Assembly: GCA_038279365.1 (NCBI GenBank)
Contig: JAYODI010000050.1
Location: forward strand, 30,942-43,632
From: Candidatus Latescibacterota bacterium
GTDB lineage: Bacteria > Latescibacterota > UBA2968
Direction of reading: 5' to 3'
Length of the DNA: 12,691 bases
Part shown: piece by piece, positions 1 to 7,099 of the stretch
Numbering within the stretch: position 1 is the first letter of the stretch
How the letters are laid out: each line of letters opens with the position of its first letter
Made by a program: the position numbers and the translations under genes
The notes under the pieces: model-generated
Database searches by the model: none
The model's input: the letters and a program-made list of their open reading frames with translations, nothing else
Told to the model about the DNA's origin: nothing

Positions 1-2
1 AT

Positions 3-566
3 GATCTCGTCGCCAATCTTGCCCGACGCTTTGACCTCAAACTCGACCAAAAAGTAAAAACCCTCTCCACAGGCAACCGCATCAAACTCGCCTGCATCTG
101 CGCACTTGCACATCAACCCAAACTCTTGTTGCTCGACGAACCCACCTCTGGGCTGGATCCTGTTGTGCGAACGGAATTGCTCGACGTGCTTTTCGAAGTT
201 CTCGAAAGCGGCGAACGGGCCATCCTATATTCCACCCACATCTTATCCGACATCAGCCGCCTCGCCGATGATCTCGTCTTTTTAAACGAAGGCCACATTC
301 ACCTTCGCACCCCCAAAGAAGACCTCATCGAAAACTGGCGCAAGATCACATTTCGCTTGTCCAATCCAGACCTCACAGTTGACGCAACAGTGAGCCATAG
401 ACACGATGGTGATGAACACCACATCATCAGTTCCAATGCCCAAACCTCTCTGCGCCACCTTTCAGAACTTGGCGCACAAAACATTGCAGAAACACGCATG
501 GGCATTGATGAGATTGCTGTTGAGATTATCAAAGGAAGCAAACATGTGGCACATCATCAAAGCTGA
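3..566 (+). CDS. ABC transporter ATP-binding protein (ABC-2/exporter type), 5'-truncated by the window edge
   Basis: Frame 3 is open from position 3: DLVANLARRFDLKLDQKVKTLSTGNRIKLACICALAHQPKLLLLDEPTSGLDP...ILYSTHILSD. It contains the signature motif LSTGN, Walker B LLLLDE, D-loop SGLD and H-loop STH. Walker A lies upstream of the window. The track's 126 start is internal. Confidence 0.93.
   Translation, partial: DLVANLARRFDLKLDQKVKTLSTGNRIKLACICALAHQPKLLLLDEPTSGLDPVVRTELLDVLFEVLESGERAILYSTHILSDISRLADDLVFLNEGHIHLRTPKEDLIENWRKITFRLSNPDLTVDATVSHRHDGDEHHIISSNAQTSLRHLSELGAQNIAETRMGIDEIAVEIIKGSKHVAHHQS
533..563 (+). repeat. Direct repeat copy 1 of the permease translation-start region (copy 2 at 1194-1224)
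   Basis: AGGAAGCAAACATGTGGCACATCATCAAAGC versus AGGAAAAAAACATGTGGCACATCATCAAAGC: 29/31 identical, with a 24-nt perfect core (540-563 = 1201-1224). Confidence 0.9.
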
Positions 567-1194
567 GATAATGAGCTCTCAAATTTATACCACTGTTATC
601 ATCATTGTATGTTTAAGTGGTTTCTTAAAATTCATAGATCATAACCCAGACATACATATACCTGGCATCATGATGTTTACTTTTTGTATTGCGTGGATGG
701 CAGGTAACAGCAACAAACGCATTCCCCCTATACGTCTGCCGATCTCGCTCAATCAAATTGTAGTCATTAGAATGGTTATTTCTTGTGCTTATTGTCTGAT
801 TTTCTTCATCAGCGTATTGGGCAGCTATAGCATATGGATTTCATCTGACATTTCTAATTCTCAGTTCTGGAAAATGTCGTTACATCTCTTTGCGCTCCTC
901 ATCTTTTCAAGCGGTTTAATAATAATCGGCTTAGATCTCGCGCGTATTTGGGCCCACACAAAAATGAAATGGATAAGCCATACCATTGTATTACTCACTG
1001 CTATACCCTGCACATTCTGCGCCTTTATCTTAACAATACCACTCAAACCCAGTGCATCAAATTTTCACACCATAACAGAACTCCAGCACCATCTATCCGA
1101 TACATCATTGGCACTTATTCTCGCATTTTTGGGCATCATCCTCTTTTATGCCAGCACGATCACATACAAACATCGAAAATCTTATATTCGGTGA
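544..1194 (+). CDS. Putative ABC-2 type permease / multi-pass membrane protein 1
   Basis: ATG at 544 follows AAAGGAAG (SD-like) and overlaps the ATPase 3' end by 23 nt. About six hydrophobic segments and an LPIS motif are present. The N-terminus MWHIIKAEI is identical to that of the next gene, which supports this start over 406. Confidence 0.75.
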   Translation: MWHIIKAEIMSSQIYTTVIIIVCLSGFLKFIDHNPDIHIPGIMMFTFCIAWMAGNSNKRIPPIRLPISLNQIVVIRMVISCAYCLIFFISVLGSYSIWISSDISNSQFWKMSLHLFALLIFSSGLIIIGLDLARIWAHTKMKWISHTIVLLTAIPCTFCAFILTIPLKPSASNFHTITELQHHLSDTSLALILAFLGIILFYASTITYKHRKSYIR

Positions 1195-1204
1195 GGAAAA
1201 AAAC

Positions 1205-1867
1205 ATGTGGCACATCATCAAAGCAGAAATCGACCGTGATAAATACTCGTGGTATTTGGCCTGTATCCCACTCATCATCACCATACCCATTTTGTTCTTT
1301 CAAGGCGCGACTTGGTTAGACAGCGACCAAGCAACCAAATCCGTCATAAATATGGGCAAAGGTGTAGCTATTATTATCGCTTTGTTGACTTTGCGCATTT
1401 TTATCGGTTCCACTATTCCAAACCCAATCATACGCAGGCAAATGTGTTTACCCATTTCAGCTTTTACATTGGGATTCATTCGTGTATTCAATCTCGTTGG
1501 CCTGCTCTTCACTGTTTTTTTCTTAATCGCACTTAACATCTTGGCCTTAAAAGTTGAAGCGCTCCAATACATCTCAGTCCACTTGCTTTTTGGCACAGGC
1601 ATGTTATTGAGCACATTCAGTCTCAAACTTATTGTATCTGACCTGCTATCCATCTCCCTAAAAATGCCATCCTACCGCGCTCACATCACCCTCTTAATTG
1701 TCTCAGCAGCCCTTTTTCTGTTGCTTAAAAATCGCGGCCAAGTTTTTTCATCTTACCTCACATTGCCCATCGCCACGCTCCTAAACATTCTCGGCATCAC
1801 TCTGCTCTCCGCAAGTATTTATACCTTCACGCGTCTTCGATCTTATATTTTTAAACAGACGACATAA
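1205..1867 (+). CDS. Putative ABC-2 type permease / multi-pass membrane protein 2 (paralog of 544-1194)
   Basis: ATG at 1205 follows GAGGAA. It has the MWHIIKAEI N-terminus, an LPIS motif, about six hydrophobic segments, and a C-terminus (LGITLLSASIYTFTRLRSYI) resembling that of the upstream gene (LGIILFYASTITYKHRKSYI). Confidence 0.75.
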   Translation: MWHIIKAEIDRDKYSWYLACIPLIITIPILFFQGATWLDSDQATKSVINMGKGVAIIIALLTLRIFIGSTIPNPIIRRQMCLPISAFTLGFIRVFNLVGLLFTVFFLIALNILALKVEALQYISVHLLFGTGMLLSTFSLKLIVSDLLSISLKMPSYRAHITLLIVSAALFLLLKNRGQVFSSYLTLPIATLLNILGITLLSASIYTFTRLRSYIFKQTT

Positions 1868-1893
1868 AAAAACCCACTCAATAGAGTGGGTTT
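1866..1893. terminator. Intrinsic terminator between convergent genes, probably bidirectional
   Basis: Perfect 10-bp stem AAACCCACTC-AATA-GAGTGGGTTT (1870-1893). The A-run at 1866-1872 gives a U-tract on the minus strand, and TTT closes the stem on the plus strand. It lies between the stops at 1867 (+) and 1932 (-). Confidence 0.8.
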
Positions 1894-1931
1894 GACGACT
1901 TGCTAAAAACCTGAACATAAGAATGCCATAC

Positions 1932-2705
1932 TCACTTCGTTTCAATATCTCGAAAAGGCGTCGTCAACATCCGCACCACCGTCTGCTCATCTTCCATTCC
2001 TTTGATCCCAAACACAATATCTTTTGAGTTTTCAACAAGTCGAAACGTTCTTCCGATTCGATCCCAAATAGAAAACAAACTTGTATAATTTGAATCGGTC
2101 TCAATTTGAATATCAGAATGATGCACCTTATGCATATTGGGTGATGTCAAAAAGATGCGATAAATACGATCCCAAGATTCACCAATAGAAATATTGGCGT
2201 GGTGAAAAAACACATTCGAAATAAAAATGGCTTCATACACAAGCACGTATTCCAATTTCATTGCAAAACACGCATACAGACCACATTTGACCAACGTGCT
2301 CAGGATATGTTCACCCACATGAAATCGCGCACCAGTTATCACCCCCATTGCCACATCGGAATGATGCACCCGATGAAAGCGCCACAGAAACGGCACCTTG
2401 TGATACATCACATGAAGCACATACGTCAAAAAATCAACCAACAAAACCGTTAACCCAAATTCCAGCATCCAAGGCAAATCCCACCTATTAAACACGCCCC
2501 AAGACGTATTTAGCGATCCCACCACAACAGGTGTTAGCACCACACTCACCACAATTGCATTAAAGACAATCAACCCCAAGTTTCGCATAGTATGGCGTGT
2601 TTTGTTCTTAAACGTGTCAAAATACGGGAACAAACACTCCAGCACGAACAACAACACCAAAACAGTAATCAGAAGGGCATCTTTTTCAAATTTTGAAATC
2701 AACAT
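1932..2705 (-). CDS. Sterol desaturase / fatty acid hydroxylase superfamily membrane di-iron enzyme
   Basis: His boxes HVMYH, HRVHH, FHHAN and HKVHH; SNYTSLFSIWDR motif; hydrophobic helices. The start is placed at ATG 2705 (MLISKF) because GGAG lies 6 nt upstream. The track's extension to 2786 runs through a hairpin. Confidence 0.88.
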   Translation of the reverse strand: MLISKFEKDALLITVLVLLFVLECLFPYFDTFKNKTRHTMRNLGLIVFNAIVVSVVLTPVVVGSLNTSWGVFNRWDLPWMLEFGLTVLLVDFLTYVLHVMYHKVPFLWRFHRVHHSDVAMGVITGARFHVGEHILSTLVKCGLYACFAMKLEYVLVYEAIFISNVFFHHANISIGESWDRIYRIFLTSPNMHKVHHSDIQIETDSNYTSLFSIWDRIGRTFRLVENSKDIVFGIKGMEDEQTVVRMLTTPFRDIETK

Positions 2706-2742
2706 TCCATGCTCCAATCCACACCACATCAGCAGATACAGA

Positions 2743-2771
2743 ACAAGCCTTCTCACACCGAGAAGGCTTGT
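2743..2771. promoter_or_regulatory. Perfect 12-bp inverted repeat (terminator/attenuator-like hairpin) between the sulfatase and desaturase genes
   Basis: ACAAGCCTTCTC-ACACC-GAGAAGGCTTGT. Only a weak U-rich tail (TCTGTAT) follows on the minus strand. Confidence 0.5.
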
Positions 2772-2864
2772 CATGCACACATCCAAATCTACAAATTAAG
2801 ACCGCTGTTTTCAATGCCCAACATATAGAGAATTTGCATTTGCGTTATTGACCACGCTACAGGC

Positions 2865-2887
2865 GGGCAGGGGGACCCTGCCCCTAC
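2865..2887 (-). repeat. GTAG-tagged REP-like palindrome
   Basis: The minus strand reads GTAG-GGGCAGGG-TCC-CCCTGCCC, starting 2 nt after the sulfatase stop. A GTAG tetranucleotide followed by a GC-rich palindrome is the established REP architecture. Confidence 0.65.
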
Positions 2888-2889
2888 GG

Positions 2890-4263
2890 TTATGCGTTTT
2901 GCCATCCGGCGGCCATTAATTTTTCCAATTCGCTTACGGCATTCACATAGGTGTCTTTTTCAATGGCATTCACATTCTCTTGGGCATCGCGATCATGATC
3001 GTATAACTCGCGTGCCAAAACATCACCCGATTGTCGGTCTTGCCATTCCGTATATCGAAAACGATTGGTGCGCATCGTATATCCCATCACCTTACCACGA
3101 GGATATTGGCTAAACGCCGCCCGTTTCCACGACCGTTCGGGGTCTTGCATCACGGGCACAAAACTGCGCCCTTCCAAATGATCGGGCACATCCAACCCAC
3201 ACAATTCACACAACGACGGATACATATCCACAAACTCGGTCAACGCTTTGGTCTTTTGCCCACCCGTCATCCCCGGCGCGCTCACAATCAAAGGGGCGCG
3301 TGCGTCAATTTCAAAATTGGTATGTTTGCACCAACTGGCATGCTCACCCAACTTCCAACCATGATCGCCCCACAACATCACAACGGTATTTTCCTTTAAA
3401 CCCAACCGCTCCAATTCATCCAACACACGCCCCACTTGGGCATCCATATACGACACACAGGCCGCGTAACCCTTCACCAACTTCTTCGCCAATTCATCGG
3501 GCACGGGCCCATCTTTTGGCATGCCAAAATACCCACGCAACTCGCCATAATTCGTTAACGAATATTGCGTGGCATTCTCAGGTTCAAACGGATTGTCCGC
3601 CAGCGGTACATCGTCATACAAATCCCAATATTTTTTAGGCGCATTAAATGGCAAATGAGGCTTGTGAAAACCCAACGCCATAAAAAAGGGATGCTCTTCT
3701 TTGCTCAAACGCCCCAATTCTTCAATGGCCGTATCGGCATCTTTGCCATCGTGATAGGCATTATCGGGCACATCTGCCGACTCAAATGCAGGCCCTAAAC
3801 CACGCCGGTTGTCACCCCGTTGTTCATTAATGCCATCATTCTCTTTCATCGCCTCAACCGCTTCATCCGTCAAATACCCACGCCCCAACCAATCGCCCTT
3901 ATTCAAAAAGGGTGGTTTGCTCCAGTTCTCCAAATCATCATTGCTATGGTGATAAATTTTACCAATAGACAGCGTCTCATATCCATTGTTCTTAAAGTGC
4001 TGAGGCAAGGTCACCACATCGGGCATCACCGAGCGCACAGGAGTTACCAAATCATAAATGGTTGTCGTATCGGGTCTGCACCCACTCAACACACTGGCCC
4101 GACTCGGCGCACAAACAGCTTGCTGGCAATAGGCCCGCTCAAACACCGTTCCCGTGCTCGCCAATTTATCAATATTCGGAGACTGTGTCCAATGCACCCC
4201 ATAACACCCCAACTGTGGGCGCAAATCATCTACGGCAATAAACAACACATTCATCTTCTTCAA
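2890..4263 (-). CDS. Formylglycine-dependent (Cys-type) sulfatase, iduronate-2-sulfatase-like, no signal peptide
   Basis: Motifs NVLFIAVDDLRP, CAPSRAS (CxPxR), GKIYH, FHKPHLPF, WGDHGW and WCKH. SD GAGGAGG (4276-4270) lies 6 nt before the in-frame TTG at 4263. ATG at 4254 is an alternative start. Confidence 0.93.
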   Translation of the reverse strand: MKKMNVLFIAVDDLRPQLGCYGVHWTQSPNIDKLASTGTVFERAYCQQAVCAPSRASVLSGCRPDTTTIYDLVTPVRSVMPDVVTLPQHFKNNGYETLSIGKIYHHSNDDLENWSKPPFLNKGDWLGRGYLTDEAVEAMKENDGINEQRGDNRRGLGPAFESADVPDNAYHDGKDADTAIEELGRLSKEEHPFFMALGFHKPHLPFNAPKKYWDLYDDVPLADNPFEPENATQYSLTNYGELRGYFGMPKDGPVPDELAKKLVKGYAACVSYMDAQVGRVLDELERLGLKENTVVMLWGDHGWKLGEHASWCKHTNFEIDARAPLIVSAPGMTGGQKTKALTEFVDMYPSLCELCGLDVPDHLEGRSFVPVMQDPERSWKRAAFSQYPRGKVMGYTMRTNRFRYTEWQDRQSGDVLARELYDHDRDAQENVNAIEKDTYVNAVSELEKLMAAGWQNA

Positions 4264-4321
4264 AACATACCTCCTCACAATCGAACCAACATCAACCTCA
4301 TCAAAATACCTATCAAAACAC

Positions 4322-4343
4322 AAAAAGGGCGTTGTCCACGCCC
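4322..4343 (-). terminator. Intrinsic terminator downstream of the GGDEF gene
   Basis: The minus strand reads GGGCGT-GGACA-ACGCCC-TTTTT, about 30 nt after the stop at 4374. Confidence 0.65.
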
Positions 4344-4373
4344 CAATTGAGTGAACGGCATAATCGCCGTCAA

Positions 4374-5390
4374 TTATTCCACCATCTCGATCCCATTTTT
4401 ACCACGTGCTTTAATCCGATACAATGCCTCATCTGCCTTTTTTAATGCATCTTCAGGTGAGGTGGGCACACCGTAAAACATCGCAATAGACATGGTGCCC
4501 TCAGTGCGCTCGGCAATGGCTTGGCGCAAACGTTCGGCAATAGAAAGGGCCTTTTCCCGCGTCGTATCTTCAATCACCGCTGCAAATTCGTCGGCACCCC
4601 ATCGCGAAACAAGGTCATTACCGCGCAACAAATCACTCAACACACGCGCCAAATCCACAATAAACCGATCACCTGCATCATGGCCTTTGGTATCATTAAT
4701 TTTTTTGAGTGAATCCGAATCCATATACAAAAGTGCCAACGGGCGCCCACTGCGCTGCGAACGTTTTGTCATGCGTTCATAAACATCTTCAAAACCACGT
4801 CGATTGTACAAGCCTGTTAAAAAATCTGTACGCGATTCAACTGACATTTCTTTGGCAAGTGCGGCATTCACCCGCGCCAAATCTTTATAAAAACTCAGCG
4901 CAATATCTGTTAAATCTACCCCTTGAGAAAGGAGCTCTGCCAACCACAACACCTGATCGCGCCCCAATTTTTTAGACAAATTCAGCAAATGTTGTGTCGT
5001 AGAAAACAACACTTCTGCTGTTGCCGCATCCAACCCAAATTCAGGCCCTGGGTGCCGAAGCCCGCCACCCGAAATGGTCGTGGGTACATTTGCTTTTTCT
5101 GTTATATATGCAGGCAAATTTTCCAGAACATCAACATTGATTTCATTGCCCCCAGAAAAGATCACACCAAACTCATCCCCCCCCACGCGATAACCACGCC
5201 ATTTGTTTTCCTTCAAAAAATCAACAACCGCCTCAATCACCAAATCGCCAACATCACGCCCATGTGTTTGATTCACTTGCTGAAAGTGATCAATGTCAAA
5301 TACCAACAAGGCATCAAAGCGGTTGCGATACAATACATCTTTCAAACCGCTTAAAAGCTCTGGCGCACCAGGTAATTCTTTTGTGGGCAT
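4374..5390 (-). CDS. Diguanylate cyclase-family protein with two tandem GGDEF domains
   Basis: Domain 1: FDIDHFQQVNQTHGRDVGD...YRVGGDEF. Domain 2: DFLTGLYNRR...MDSDSLKKINDTKGHDAGD...RGNDLVSRWGADEF...ADEALYRIKARGKN. AAAGGA lies upstream of the ATG. Confidence 0.9.
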   Translation of the reverse strand: MPTKELPGAPELLSGLKDVLYRNRFDALLVFDIDHFQQVNQTHGRDVGDLVIEAVVDFLKENKWRGYRVGGDEFGVIFSGGNEINVDVLENLPAYITEKANVPTTISGGGLRHPGPEFGLDAATAEVLFSTTQHLLNLSKKLGRDQVLWLAELLSQGVDLTDIALSFYKDLARVNAALAKEMSVESRTDFLTGLYNRRGFEDVYERMTKRSQRSGRPLALLYMDSDSLKKINDTKGHDAGDRFIVDLARVLSDLLRGNDLVSRWGADEFAAVIEDTTREKALSIAERLRQAIAERTEGTMSIAMFYGVPTSPEDALKKADEALYRIKARGKNGIEMVE

Positions 5391-5402
5391 GCCAAATTCC
5401 TT

Positions 5403-5891
5403 TCAGGCATTAAAGTTTAACACAATAGCGGGGCGATACCCTTCTAACATACGATATCTCACACCTGCACTGTCAAACATTTTTCGAGCAGCCTTCACAG
5501 AATCAGAATCGGGATACTTGTTGGCCAAAAAAATTACTTCTTGTATGCCCGACTGGATCAACACTTTTGCACATTCATTACACGGAAACAACGTGACATA
5601 AACCGTACACTTATCCAAATCGGCACTGATCTTATTGATAATGGCATTGAGTTCTGCGTGGCAAACATATGGATATTTGGTTTCTAAAAAATCCCCATCT
5701 CTTGCCCAAGGAAAATGATCATCGTCACATCCTATAGGCAAACCATTGTAGCCCATGCCCACAATCTTCTTCTTCTCATTGATAATACAAGCTCCTACTT
5801 GTGTGTTGGGGTCTTTGCTGCGTTGGGCAGAAAGCAAGGCCACACCCATAAAATATTCATCCCAAGACAAGTAATCTGCACGTTTTTCCAT
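5403..5891 (-). CDS. comEB: Deoxycytidylate (dCMP) deaminase
   Basis: YLSWDEYFM...[16 protein letters not shown], and Zn-binding motifs HAELNA and PCNEC. The 162-aa single-domain length is typical of the family. Confidence 0.93.
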   Translation of the reverse strand: MEKRADYLSWDEYFMGVALLSAQRSKDPNTQVGACIINEKKKIVGMGYNGLPIGCDDDHFPWARDGDFLETKYPYVCHAELNAIINKISADLDKCTVYVTLFPCNECAKVLIQSGIQEVIFLANKYPDSDSVKAARKMFDSAGVRYRMLEGYRPAIVLNFNA

Positions 5892-5952
5892 CTACATCCC
5901 TTCTTAACTGAAAATCAGACACCTATATTTCAATAATACCCAAATTGCACAC

Positions 5953-6945
5953 TTAAGCCAAACGATCCAACATATCTCGCGTCACGCGAAACAACTGTTC
6001 TTCACCCGCAAAACAACGACGAATTTCTTCAACCTTACGCGCACCAATGCGATACGACTGCATCCCTGCACAATGCGGTGTTAAAATCACATTGGACAAT
6101 TGACGCAACGGGCTGTCCATAGCTGGCGGTTCAGGTGACGTCACATCCAAAAAGGCAAACAACCGCCCTTTTTCCAACTCGGCAATCAACGCCGCCTCAT
6201 CAATATTGTCACCGCGTGATGTATTGACAAAAATGCAATCGTCTTGCATCAGTTTAAAATGTTTTTCATTCCACATATGATAGGTCGCATCCAACTTGGG
6301 GGCATGAATGGTCACCACATCACTCTCGCGTGCCATCGTTTCCAAATCGACCAACTCAGCACCAAATTCTTCACGGGCCCGATCGGCTGGCATAAATGGA
6401 TCATACAACAGTGTACGGGTCTCATAAGGCTTCAACAACCGCATCACACGTTGCCCCACCTGACTCGCACTCACCACACCCACCGTTTGTCGAAACAATG
6501 ATTTGGCCGTTGTTTTATCGGGGCGTCTTTCGCCCCCACTCATTCCACGTGAAAATGGAATTACCCTGCGCAAACCAATGGTAATAAAACCCAACGTCAA
6601 TTCTGCCACATCATCGGCAATCACAGGGGCGGCACTGGTCACCACCACATCCTTTTCCCACGCCTCTTCCGAAATCTTGCCTTTGACAGTCCCCGCACCA
6701 TATGCCCAGATTTTTAACCCAGGTGCAGCCTCTAAAATAGCGGGTGTCAAATCACCCGAATTCCAACTCGTCAAAGCACCATCTTTACCCTTTAAAAATT
6801 CTGCCGCTTCTTCATCTGAAAAATCGCGATCTTCAGGGTTGATCTCGACCTCTGCAATCTCTTTTAACTTTGCCAAATCGGCATCGCTCAAAATGCGTTT
6901 GCGCAACGACTCGCGCACAAGAACGCCCACTTTAGGTTTGGCCAT
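5953..6945 (-). CDS. D-isomer-specific 2-hydroxyacid dehydrogenase family protein
   Basis: Motifs VAELTLG, the Rossmann variant VGVVSASQVG, LLYDP, IHAP, NTSRG, LDVTSPEP and LTPHCAG (Arg/Glu/His triad). SD AGGAG is present upstream. Confidence 0.92.
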   Translation of the reverse strand: MAKPKVGVLVRESLRKRILSDADLAKLKEIAEVEINPEDRDFSDEEAAEFLKGKDGALTSWNSGDLTPAILEAAPGLKIWAYGAGTVKGKISEEAWEKDVVVTSAAPVIADDVAELTLGFITIGLRRVIPFSRGMSGGERRPDKTTAKSLFRQTVGVVSASQVGQRVMRLLKPYETRTLLYDPFMPADRAREEFGAELVDLETMARESDVVTIHAPKLDATYHMWNEKHFKLMQDDCIFVNTSRGDNIDEAALIAELEKGRLFAFLDVTSPEPPAMDSPLRQLSNVILTPHCAGMQSYRIGARKVEEIRRCFAGEEQLFRVTRDMLDRLA

Positions 6946-6968
6946 AAAACAACTCCTATTAAGATAAT

Positions 6969-7040
6969 GTCAACGCAACTGCGAAACTGCGAATCAACGA
7001 ATCAACGAATCAACGAAACTGCGAATCAACGAATCAAAAC
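6969..7040 (+). repeat. 8-nt period tandem array, left arm (AACTGCGA x3 and ATCAACGA x4, plus degenerate flanking units)
   Basis: Units read directly: 6977 AACTGCGA, 6985 AACTGCGA, 6993/7001/7009 ATCAACGA, 7017 AACTGCGA, 7025 ATCAACGA. CGAA recurs every 8 nt. Confidence 0.93.
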
Positions 7041-7051
7041 CTGTGTATCTA

Positions 7052-7099
7052 TTTGCCCATTCGTCTATTCGCCTATTCGTCTATTCGCCTATTCGCCTA
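7052..7099 (+). repeat. 8-nt period tandem array, right arm (TTCGYCTA x5 plus one degenerate unit)
   Basis: 7052 TTTGCCCA, 7060 TTCGTCTA, 7068 TTCGCCTA, 7076 TTCGTCTA, 7084 and 7092 TTCGCCTA. The TTCG core is the reverse complement of the left-arm CGAA core. Confidence 0.93.

Noticed and set aside
406..1204. Longer starts at 406 and 1148 for the permeases
   Set aside because: They would overlap upstream genes extensively. The SD-preceded, mutually identical MWHIIKAEI starts at 544 and 1205 are better supported.
4260..4268. ATG-TTT-TGA mini-ORF overlapping the sulfatase start (minus strand)
   Set aside because: Its ATG is only 1 nt from the GAGGAGG SD, too close for efficient initiation, so it is likely incidental.
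4374..5390. Cas10-like or CBASS-type cyclase
   Set aside because: The motifs are diguanylate cyclase-type (GGDEF/GADEF, DxLTGLxNRR, RxxD) rather than Cas10 GGDD or CD-NTase motifs, and no effector or cas genes are adjacent.
5403..5891. Anti-phage dCTP deaminase or tRNA deaminase
   Set aside because: It is a single 162-aa domain with typical housekeeping dCMP deaminase motifs. It lacks the N-terminal P-loop kinase-like domain of defence dCTP deaminases, and there is no defence-island context.
6969..7099. CRISPR array interpretation of the repeat loci (also 12506-12691)
   Set aside because: Units are 7-8 nt and contiguous, with no unique spacers of about 30 nt, and no cas genes are present in the window.
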